A stretch of DNA of 64,000 nucleotides from Spirochaetia bacterium (lineage in GTDB: Bacteria > Spirochaetota > Spirochaetia > SZUA-6 > Bin103): contig CBDBDQ010000005.1 of assembly GCA_965203905.1 (NCBI GenBank), positions 4,032,001-4,096,000 of the forward strand, read 5' to 3'. The position numbers and the translations under genes are program-made. Under the pieces are notes generated by a model. That model had not been told where the DNA came from. It saw nothing but the letters and a program-made list of their open reading frames with translations, and made no database searches. Positions 27,820-35,900 of the stretch are shown one piece after another (within the stretch, counting starts at the first letter, position 1; every line of letters starts with the position of its first letter).

Positions 27820-29631
27820 ATGTCATCCAGCATGAGCCTGACCACCCGCAACTTCTGCATCATCGCCCATATCGATCACGGCAAGTCCACCTTGGCCGAC
27901 CGTTTCATCCAGCGCGCACGCATGGTGTCCGAGCGCGAGTTCCACGATCAGATGCTCGACTCCATGCCGATCGAGCGGGAGCGGGGCATCACCATCAAGT
28001 CCCAGGCGGTTTCGATCCCCTACCGGGTGAACGGTACCGAGTATCGTCTCAACCTGGTGGACACCCCGGGCCACGTCGACTTCACCTACGAGGTGTCGCG
28101 CGCCATCAGTTCCTGTGAAGGGGCGTTGCTGCTGATCGATGCCACCCAGGGTGTCGAGGCGCAGACGCTGTCCAACTTCTACCTGGCGCTGGAGCAGGAC
28201 CTCGAGATCATCCCGGTGATCAACAAGACCGACCTCCCGGGCATCGACTACGACTGGCTGGCCGAGCAGATCGACCGCGACCTGGGGCTGGATCCGGAAC
28301 GGGCGATCCGCGTGTCCGCCAAGCACGGCACCGGCATGGACCAACTGCTGGAGGCGATCGTCACCCAGGTGCCGGCGCCGAGCGGTGCCGCGGAGGATCC
28401 CCTGCGGGCCCTGATCTTCGACTCCGCCTACGATCCCTACCGCGGGGTGGTGGTCCACGTCCGCGTGTTCGACGGCGCCATCGCATCCGGCATGCCGCTT
28501 CGCTTCTGGGCGACCGGCGGCATCCATACCGTCGAGGAGACGGGGACGTTCGGCGTCGGCAGCACCAAGCGTACGCCGCGCCTGGTTGCCGGCGATGTCG
28601 GTTACGTGGTGGCGGGTGTAAAGCAGATCGCCGACGCGCGCGTGGGCGACACCGTGACCTGTGACGACGCGCCATGTATCGAGCCGCTGGACGGGTTTCG
28701 CGAAGTGAAGCCGGTGGTGTTCGCGTCGGTCTATCCGGTCGACGCCGACGACTACGACGAGCTCACCGCAGCCCTGGACCGCCTGGCTCTCAACGATGCC
28801 GCCCTCAGCTTCGAGAAGGACAGCTCCGCCGCACTCGGCTTCGGTTTTCGCTGCGGCTTCCTCGGCATGCTCCACCTGGAGATCGTGCAGGAGCGGCTGG
28901 AACGGGAGTTCGACCTGGCGGTGATCGTCACCGTGCCCACGGTGCGCTACCGGGTCGTGGCGACGGATGGCAGCGAGCTGATGATCGACAACCCGCTGGA
29001 GTACCCCGATCCCGCGCACGTGGAGCTTGCCGAGGAGCCGTTCATTCGTGCGAGCATCATCACCCCCACCGACTACGTGGGAGCCGTGATCAAGCTGTGC
29101 CTCGACAAGCGCGGCGTGCAGCACGCCATGAACTATCTCGATGAGCGGCGGGTGGAGCTGGTGTACGACATGCCGCTGGCCGACGTCGTGTACGAGTTCT
29201 ACGACACCCTCAAGTCGGTAAGCCGCGGCTATGCCTCGTTCGACTACGAGGTCACCGGATACCGCACCTCACGGCTGGTAAGGCTCGACATCCTGCTCAA
29301 CGGACGTCCGGTGGATGCCCTGGCACAACTGGTGTTCAGCGACAACGCCCGCCAGCGCGCGCACGAGATGTGCCGCCGCCTGAAGGACGAGATTCCCCGC
29401 CATCAGTTCAAGGTGCCGATCCAGGGGGCCGTCGGCAGCCAGATCATCGCCCGCGAGACCGTTTCGGCGGTGCGCAAGGACGTTACCGCCAAGTGCTACG
29501 GCGGCGATATCACGCGTAAGCGCAAACTGCTGGAACGACAGAAAGAGGGCAAGAAGCGGATGAAGCAGATCGGCGACGTGCAGTTGCCCAAGTCCGCGTT
29601 TCTCGCGGTGCTCAAGCCGGCCGCGGATTAG
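27820..29631 (+). CDS. lepA: Elongation factor 4 (LepA)
   Basis: RNFCIIAHIDHGKSTLADR, GFRCGFLGMLH, KDVTAKCYGGDITRKRKLLE. Confidence 0.97.
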   Translation: MSSSMSLTTRNFCIIAHIDHGKSTLADRFIQRARMVSEREFHDQMLDSMPIERERGITIKSQAVSIPYRVNGTEYRLNLVDTPGHVDFTYEVSRAISSCEGALLLIDATQGVEAQTLSNFYLALEQDLEIIPVINKTDLPGIDYDWLAEQIDRDLGLDPERAIRVSAKHGTGMDQLLEAIVTQVPAPSGAAEDPLRALIFDSAYDPYRGVVVHVRVFDGAIASGMPLRFWATGGIHTVEETGTFGVGSTKRTPRLVAGDVGYVVAGVKQIADARVGDTVTCDDAPCIEPLDGFREVKPVVFASVYPVDADDYDELTAALDRLALNDAALSFEKDSSAALGFGFRCGFLGMLHLEIVQERLEREFDLAVIVTVPTVRYRVVATDGSELMIDNPLEYPDPAHVELAEEPFIRASIITPTDYVGAVIKLCLDKRGVQHAMNYLDERRVELVYDMPLADVVYEFYDTLKSVSRGYASFDYEVTGYRTSRLVRLDILLNGRPVDALAQLVFSDNARQRAHEMCRRLKDEIPRHQFKVPIQGAVGSQIIARETVSAVRKDVTAKCYGGDITRKRKLLERQKEGKKRMKQIGDVQLPKSAFLAVLKPAAD

Positions 29632-29658
29632 CTGCCCACGGGGCGCTGGCGCTAGCGG

Positions 29659-31206
29659 CTAGAATGCGGCTTGCGTGGGCGGCCCCTGGACCGGCGTGGC
29701 CAGAGCGCGCAGGAAGCGGGCGTAAGCCTCGTCGAAGTTGTCGACCAGCCGGTCGGAGTCGTACACCTGTGCCCGCATGTCCTGGTCCAGGGCCGAGGCC
29801 ACGAAGTAGCCGTGGTAGTTGTCCACCTGTTCCAGCACCGTTTCGTCGGCGTTCCGCTCTTCCAGCAGCTCCAGTACCAGGATCTGGTTGTCGAGCACGA
29901 TCGGTTCCGAGATCTGTCCTGCCTCGAGGCTGAAGGCGCGTCGGAAGAACTCCTCGTAGAAGGGCGCGGTGCGCAGTGCGTCGCTGTCTCCGGCTCGTAC
30001 GGTGCTCACCAGGATCAGGTTCTGAAAGTTGACCGGGAAGAAGTCGCTCTCGACTACCTCGACGCCCATTGTCGCTGCGGCGGGGCCGAAACCGTCGCTT
30101 TGGGCCTGCTGCTGGAACTGCGTCGCCTGTTCCGCGTAGTAGTCCTCGACCTCGCCGCGCTGGTAGCGACCGAGGTAGTCCTGCACCGCGGCGAGGACCT
30201 CGGGGTCGGTGAAGTCGGGCGCCACTTCCGCGGCGTCGGCGCGATAGATCACCTCTCCGAAGCGGCTGGTCAACACCTCGGTGTGCTCCCCGGCGCCCAG
30301 GGCGAAGATCGTCTCCACGGGCGCGGCGCTCTCGAAGTCGCGTTCCAGGTCGTAGAAGTACTTCCACCCCACCTCGCCGCCGGTAGCGATGTCGTCCACC
30401 GAGTACAGTCGCGCCAGCTCCTCGAAGGTGGCCGACCGGTCGCGCAGGCGGCCCAGCACGTCCTCGGCTTCACCGCTGCCGCCACCCAGCAGAATGCGGC
30501 TCAGCTTGATACGCCGGAACAGCGCCGCGTTGTCGCTTCCGTACTGGCCGAGCTCCGCTTCCGGCAGTCCGCTGAAGCGGAACGACGCTACCGCAAAGCG
30601 CCGCTCGGTGGTTGCCATCTGGCGGAAGAACGCGGCGGCCTGCGAGCTGGTCTTGAGGGCGCCCAGATCGGAGAAGTACTGGCGCTCCAGGATCTGTTCC
30701 TCGACCAGCCGGCGATTGGTCTTCTTCTGCGATGCCGGCGTTGCGTTGTACTGCTCTTCGCTGAAGACGCCGCGGATCACGTAGGGCCCGGAGCGGATCA
30801 GCTCGCTGTCGATGCGTTCCTCGGAGACCGCAAGGTTGGCGCCGGTGGTCTCGGCCAGCACCGCAACCCGAAACGCCGCCCGCCGATACGCCTCCCGCAC
30901 CACCGCGCGCGCCTCGGCCGCGGTATCCTCGGTGGCCATCGCGCGCCGCTGCTGCGAGATGCTCAGAATCTGCCGATCGAAGTAGTTGCCCCTGCGATAC
31001 TCGATGTCGATGCCGTCGTAGCTGCCGAACACCGTACCTGAGCCGCCGCTGGCGAAGCGCCCGATGGCGGGGGTGCCGATGAAGGTGACGGTGATGATGA
31101 CGAGGACGATCAGACTGCCCACGTAGAGCAGCGGGTTCTTGGAGCGCTGCGCCGCTATGGCGGCATGGGGGCGCGCCGAACTGGGGCGGTTACGTGTCTT
31201 GGCCAT
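29659..31206 (-). CDS. SurA/PpiD-like membrane-anchored peptidyl-prolyl isomerase/chaperone
   Basis: N-terminal TM, VFGSYDG.DI, parvulin-like TFEELARLYSVD...GGEVGW, GQISEPI. Confidence 0.75.
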   Translation of the reverse strand: MAKTRNRPSSARPHAAIAAQRSKNPLLYVGSLIVLVIITVTFIGTPAIGRFASGGSGTVFGSYDGIDIEYRRGNYFDRQILSISQQRRAMATEDTAAEARAVVREAYRRAAFRVAVLAETTGANLAVSEERIDSELIRSGPYVIRGVFSEEQYNATPASQKKTNRRLVEEQILERQYFSDLGALKTSSQAAAFFRQMATTERRFAVASFRFSGLPEAELGQYGSDNAALFRRIKLSRILLGGGSGEAEDVLGRLRDRSATFEELARLYSVDDIATGGEVGWKYFYDLERDFESAAPVETIFALGAGEHTEVLTSRFGEVIYRADAAEVAPDFTDPEVLAAVQDYLGRYQRGEVEDYYAEQATQFQQQAQSDGFGPAAATMGVEVVESDFFPVNFQNLILVSTVRAGDSDALRTAPFYEEFFRRAFSLEAGQISEPIVLDNQILVLELLEERNADETVLEQVDNYHGYFVASALDQDMRAQVYDSDRLVDNFDEAYARFLRALATPVQGPPTQAAF

Positions 31207-31276
31207 GAAAGGGATCGCAGAGATGATAATGAAGCGCAACGGTCGCGACAAGGGCCGGGGGGCAGGACTCTCCTAC

Positions 31277-33345
31277 GCTGCGCGACAAGCCGGCTGCAAG
31301 TCGTTGCTCCCGCTGCCCTCGGACCGACACGCGAACCCTCAACTCGCACCCCGGGGAGCGCCGATCACGTGGCCCCGTCTGGCGGCATTCCGTACTCCCG
31401 ATGCCGCAAGCGGTGGTGGGCGGCACACGACAAGGACAAGTTCCCTGGCTCGGCGCTGCCGCCGAGCGCGAAGGGAACGATGTGGTCGAGCTCCAGCAGG
31501 AAGCGGGAGCCGCAGCGCCGCCCGCTGTGCGGATCGACGTAAGTGCAGCAGCCACCGTCGCGGCGCCACACCTCGCGCCTCACTGGTGCCGGAATGTACC
31601 GTGATCGCCCCGCCCGGTGGGGCGGCTTCACGCTGCCTCCGGACGGGCCGGCTGCCTCGGGCTGCGGCCGCGAACGGCCATCGAGCTGCGCCGCCCCTCC
31701 CCGCTTCGCTGGCGAAGGAGCGTGGCGGCCGCGGCCCGCCGCTGCCACCGCGGTCGGCACGCTCTGGTCTGCCGGCGGCGTAGGTACGGAGGCGCGGGAC
31801 CCGCAACCAGCCACCAACTTCGCCGCCGAAGGAGTGGTTCCGGGCGCCGCCACCGCTGGCTTGCCACGAACCGCGCCCCTGCAAGTCTCGCGCCCTGACA
31901 GCGCTGCCATCGCCGAGGCGTCGGCGCCGCCACTCCCGCGCGCGGGTTCCGCTGCGGACAGCGCTGCCGGCGCCGGGGTGCTGCCACGGGTGATCGTGCC
32001 CTTCGGCGGCGTCGGCGCTCCGGGTTGCTCTTGCGCGTCGCGCTTCGCCGGCGAAGTCGCCCCGCCCGCCGGCGCTTCCTGCGCCTGCGGCTCCGGCGCC
32101 TGGCCTGCGCTCGCCTCCCGGCGCCCACCCCCGCGCCCGCGCGGCGGTCGCCCCGGGTCGTAGCGCTGCAGGCCGTCCTGCACCAGCCGCTCCACCAGTT
32201 GCCCCAGCGTCAGGTGCGGGTCCACGTGCGACAGCAGTGCCCGTAGCTGCTCGATCCCACACTGGCAGGCAGAGTCGATCACCACCTTCAGCTCCCAGCG
32301 GTCCTCGCCCAGCGCCCGCATGCGATCAGCAGGGCGCGCCAGCTCGGGAGCTACCCCGGCCAACAACTGCTTCACCTCGCGCGTGCTCTTGCCGCTCGCC
32401 TGCGCGACCAGCTCCTGCCGCTGCGCCGCGTCCAGCGCCGGCACCGGTCGCGCTGGCGCCGCTGCCCCGGCCCCGGAAGCCCCAGCCTCCGGCGCCGTCC
32501 CCGTGCCGCCCGGCAGCAGCTCCGGTGCCGCGGGTGCGGAGCCGGGGTCCGCGGCGGCGGTCGCCGTGCGCTGCAGGAGATCGAAGGTGTTCTGCAACTG
32601 CGCCGCCGCGCTCAGGGTGAGCGAGCCGTCCTGCAGCCGCTCGCGTGTCCCGGCGGTATCGGAGCACAGGCGCATCGCCTTTATGCGGCGCCAGGCGGCA
32701 CCTTCGCTGTAGCCCAGTTCGCGCACCGCGTAGTCGAACAGGCTGGAGAACCCGAGGCGCAGGTGGAGGTGGCGGGCGTGGATCTCGCGCAGGTGGTCGA
32801 GGACGGCGAGCTGCAGCGCCTGCTCGTGCAGGACGAGGGACCTGGTGTGCGCCAGCAGCACTTGGTCGGGGAGCCCGGAGAGCGAGGAGGAGAAGCTGGT
32901 GGCGGTCGCGGAATCCACGGAATCCATGGCGTAAATATAATCATGGCTGAGAAATGACAGATCGCGGAGTGTCCCGGACCGGCATCGGGGAGGGCTCAGG
33001 CCGGCGCTGGCGGGGTGCTGGAGGGCCTGGAGGGCGTGGCGGGATGTTCGAAGGGTCGGAGGGGCCGGAACGTGCGACAGGAGGCCGCTACGAGCAGCGC
33101 CAAACCCGTCAAGTGCTCAGCGCACTTTTTTGGCATTTTTTTTGGCAGAATCCTGCACCGTGGCGCCGAAGTGGCAGCAACGCATCGGCGGAGACCGGCG
33201 TTGCGGGTCGGCGGCGACGCGCTCATTCCTGGACGCATCGTACAGCGAGCGGACCACGCACCCTGAATGCGGCGATCTGGCCGGCGCCGGGGCCATCACC
33301 GCGGCTCGGCCACCCACGGGATGCAGACGTCGTTCAGCATGGGAT
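31277..33345 (-). mobile_element. Dispersed HNH-encoding repeat element, copy 2
   Basis: Colinear with 9807-11914 across the downstream non-coding part, the CDS and ~420 bp upstream. Confidence 0.7.
31365..32927 (-). CDS. HNH endonuclease with DUF222-like N-terminal domain (copy 2)
   Basis: First ~100 aa identical to copy 1; C-term LELDHIVPFALGGSAEPGNLSLSCAAHH. Confidence 0.88.
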   Translation of the reverse strand: MDSVDSATATSFSSSLSGLPDQVLLAHTRSLVLHEQALQLAVLDHLREIHARHLHLRLGFSSLFDYAVRELGYSEGAAWRRIKAMRLCSDTAGTRERLQDGSLTLSAAAQLQNTFDLLQRTATAAADPGSAPAAPELLPGGTGTAPEAGASGAGAAAPARPVPALDAAQRQELVAQASGKSTREVKQLLAGVAPELARPADRMRALGEDRWELKVVIDSACQCGIEQLRALLSHVDPHLTLGQLVERLVQDGLQRYDPGRPPRGRGGGRREASAGQAPEPQAQEAPAGGATSPAKRDAQEQPGAPTPPKGTITRGSTPAPAALSAAEPARGSGGADASAMAALSGRETCRGAVRGKPAVAAPGTTPSAAKLVAGCGSRASVPTPPADQSVPTAVAAAGRGRHAPSPAKRGGAAQLDGRSRPQPEAAGPSGGSVKPPHRAGRSRYIPAPVRREVWRRDGGCCTYVDPHSGRRCGSRFLLELDHIVPFALGGSAEPGNLSLSCAAHHRLRHREYGMPPDGAT

Positions 33346-33404
33346 GGTCCTGGGTACGGTACGGGGTGGTACGTGCGGGCTCGGCGGCCGGGGCGTCCGG
33401 GGCG

Positions 33405-33433
33405 TTGACAGTGCGGCGGCCCGTTCCTATATT
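33405..33433 (+). promoter_or_regulatory. Sigma70 promoter for the tRNA-Asp/tRNA-Pro pair
   Basis: TTGACA-17 bp-TATATT followed by a GC-rich discriminator. Confidence 0.85.
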
Positions 33434-33449
33434 GAGCGGGCTGCCAACT

Positions 33450-33523
33450 GGGGGCGTGGCGAAGGTGGTTATCGCGCCGGCCTGTCAAGCCGGAGGCCGC
33501 GGGTTCAAGTCCCGTCGCTCCCG
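33450..33523 (+). tRNA. tRNA-Asp (anticodon GTC)
   Basis: Acceptor GGGGGCG/CGCTCCC, anticodon arm CCGGC-CTGTCAA-GCCGG, T-loop GGTTCAAGTCC; CCA not encoded. Confidence 0.95.
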
Positions 33524-33558
33524 TCCAGTTATCAGGTTCTCCGTTCGTCAAAGATCTA

Positions 33559-33631
33559 CGGGCTGTGGCGCAGTGGCTAGCGCGCTCGGTTCGGGACCGA
33601 GAGGTCGGGAGTTCAAGTCTCCCCAGCCCGA
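33559..33631 (+). tRNA. tRNA-Pro (anticodon CGG)
   Basis: Acceptor CGGGCTG/CAGCCCG, anticodon arm CTCGG-TTCGGGA-CCGAG, T-loop GTTCAAGT; CCA not encoded. Confidence 0.95.
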
Positions 33632-33640
33632 CAGGTGTTT

Positions 33641-33820
33641 CATTGCGGCTCGGAGCCGCGTTCTCGCTCACCGGTGAGGAGCCGTGTTGGGACGCATTGC
33701 GGCTCGGAGCCGCGTTCTCGCTCGCCAGTAAGGAGCCCCGCTGGGACGCATTGCGGCTCGGGGCCGCGTGTTCGTTCACCAACAGGGATTCCTGCTGAAG
33801 GCGTTGCGGCTCGGAGCCGC
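33641..33820. repeat. Tandem array of four ~54-bp units with palindromic core GCGGCTC-G-GAGCCGC (REP-like)
   Basis: Units start at 33641, 33695, 33749 and 33802; the intervening segments resemble each other and degenerate toward the 3' end. Confidence 0.85.
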
Positions 33821-33958
33821 CGCCAGTTCTCTACTCGTTGCGCCCTCCTCCCTTGCGTGTCGACTCCCGCTCCGCCGGGGGATCGTTCCCTCGTGGCAGT
33901 TGGGGTCAGGGTATTGTCGCATCTCCAGTTTCTGCGTCGCGAATCCGAAACTAGGTCT

Positions 33959-34825
33959 ATGGGGTTGACAGCGGGCGGCAGGCGCCCCGCCGCCGGCCGG
34001 CGGACATCTTCGGACCCACGCGCGCCGTGCCCGAGGCGTACGGCACGAAGGCACCGGTTGCTGCTGCTTGCCTCGCTGTTCGTCGTGGCGGGCGCCGCCA
34101 CGGCGGCTGCGGACTCCACGGCCCGCGTCCATCGGGTGGCGGCGGGGGAGACCCTCTACCGGATTGCCAAACAGCACGGGGTGACGGTGGATCTGCTGCA
34201 GCAGGCCAACGACATCTCCGATCCCACGCGGCTCAGCACCGGCCAGAGGCTCACCATTCCCCGCGCGTACCTGATGCGCAAGGGCGACACGATTTACTCG
34301 GTCGGCCGTGCCCACGGGGTAGAGCCCGCCCTCATCCTGGCGGCCAACGAGATCCTCGACCCCACCCAGGTACGCGTCGGGCAGGCGCTGATCATCCCCG
34401 AGCCGTCGGCGCCGTCCACGCCGCGACTGGCGGCGCCCCCTCCCAGCGCCACCTCCGCACGCGGCAGCGGCACGCACCGCCTGTGGCCGATCTCCGGCAC
34501 CCGTACGGCGCTGACCGGCAAGCTCTCCGGTCTCAAGATCAGCGGAACCGAGGGCGCGGCAGTACGCTCGGTGTCGTCGGGGACGGTGCGCTGGGCAAGT
34601 CCGAGCCGCGGCTTCGGCCAGGTGGTCCTGGTCGAGAATCCGCTGGGATACATTTACGGCTACCTGGGGAACGCCGAGACCTTCGTCGACGTGGGCGACC
34701 GGGTCGAGATCGGCACCGAGCTCGGGCGCCTGGGCCTCAATCCCCACGATCAGAAGCCCAACCTCTACTTCCTGGTATTCAAGGATGGACTGCCCGCTGA
34801 CCCGTGGCAGGCGCCACGAGTTTAG
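33959..34825 (+). CDS. LysM-domain / M23 peptidase-like protein
   Basis: Two LysM repeats (HRVAAGETLYRIAK; MRKGDTIYSV), then WPISG...GFGQVVLV...VGDRV; Zn ligands look degenerate (NlpD/EnvC-like); start uncertain. Confidence 0.82.
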   Translation: MGLTAGGRRPAAGRRTSSDPRAPCPRRTARRHRLLLLASLFVVAGAATAAADSTARVHRVAAGETLYRIAKQHGVTVDLLQQANDISDPTRLSTGQRLTIPRAYLMRKGDTIYSVGRAHGVEPALILAANEILDPTQVRVGQALIIPEPSAPSTPRLAAPPPSATSARGSGTHRLWPISGTRTALTGKLSGLKISGTEGAAVRSVSSGTVRWASPSRGFGQVVLVENPLGYIYGYLGNAETFVDVGDRVEIGTELGRLGLNPHDQKPNLYFLVFKDGLPADPWQAPRV

Positions 34826-34831
34826 CCGCGC

Positions 34832-35878
34832 GTGCCCAGCTACCGCTTCTCCCTGGAGTCACCGACTACCCAGGTGCTGTTTGGTGACGACCTGCCGCCA
34901 AGGATACGGGCGGCAGGCAACCGGGTAGTGGTGTTCGACGCCAACACCGCGCGCCTGTTCGGCGAGGGCGTGCCGGATCCGGTGTTGCTGGAGGATCGCG
35001 ACGAGGCCAAGACCTGGAGCGCGGTGGAGCGGGTGTTGCTGGCGGCGCTGGAGCGCGGCATGGACCGGGGCGGCGAAGTGCTCGCCGTCGGCGGTGGCGC
35101 CGTCTGCGACGTCGCCGGGTTCGCCGCCTCCATCTACCTGCGCGGCGTGCGCCTGACGCTGGTCCCCACGACCGTGACCGCCATGGTGGACGCCGCGCTC
35201 GGCGGCAAGACCGGCATCAACCTGCGTCAGGGCAAGAACCTGGTTGGCACCTTCTATCCGGCGCATACCCTCGTCGTGGTGCCGCGGGTGGTGGCCCGGC
35301 TGCCCGACGCCGACTACCGCGACGGGCTCGCCGAGGTGATCAAGACGGCGCTGTTGGGCGATGCCGAGCTGTTGCTCCTCCTGGAGCGGCGGCGCGAGAA
35401 GGTGCTGGCTCGCGAACCGGAACTGGTGCGGGAGTTCGTGAGCCGCTGCATCGCGGTCAAGGCCCGCTTCGTCGCCCACGACCTGCGCGAGGAGCGTGGC
35501 GCCGAGCCGGGCCCCGACGGCACTTCGCGGGCATTCCTCAACCTGGGCCACACCTTCGCTCACGCACTGGAGTCGGCGTCCGACTTCGCCTGGACCCACG
35601 GGGCAGCGGTGGCGTGGGGCATGGTGCGGGCAATGCGCCTGGGGCTCAGACTCGGCTTGACCGATGCCACCTACGCCGCCCGCGTGGAGCGCCTCCTGCA
35701 AGCCTATGGCTATCGCCTGACCGCGCCGGAGGTCACGCCCGCGTCGCTGCTGGCGGCGATGCGGGCGGACAAGAAGCGCAGCGGCAGTGAGCTGCGCTTC
35801 GTGCTCCAGCGCGACCTGGAACAGACCGAGTTGCGCGCCGTGGCGCCGCGCGAGGTGCTGGCGGTGCTCGCCGACTGA
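34832..35878 (+). CDS. aroB: 3-dehydroquinate synthase
   Basis: GGGAVCDVAGF, VPTT...VDAALGGKTGIN, KNLVGTFY, LNLGHTFAHALE, HGAAV, DKK. Confidence 0.95.
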   Translation: MPSYRFSLESPTTQVLFGDDLPPRIRAAGNRVVVFDANTARLFGEGVPDPVLLEDRDEAKTWSAVERVLLAALERGMDRGGEVLAVGGGAVCDVAGFAASIYLRGVRLTLVPTTVTAMVDAALGGKTGINLRQGKNLVGTFYPAHTLVVVPRVVARLPDADYRDGLAEVIKTALLGDAELLLLLERRREKVLAREPELVREFVSRCIAVKARFVAHDLREERGAEPGPDGTSRAFLNLGHTFAHALESASDFAWTHGAAVAWGMVRAMRLGLRLGLTDATYAARVERLLQAYGYRLTAPEVTPASLLAAMRADKKRSGSELRFVLQRDLEQTELRAVAPREVLAVLAD

Positions 35879-35900
35879 CCGCGGCGGACCGGGAGAAACC

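Noticed and set aside
33450-33631. tRNA-anchored integrative element (att site)
   Set aside because: I found no duplicated tRNA 3' end and no integrase in the window.
33641-33820. CRISPR array
   Set aside because: The spacers are related to each other rather than unique, the conserved repeat is only ~17-20 bp, there is no leader, and no cas genes are in the window.
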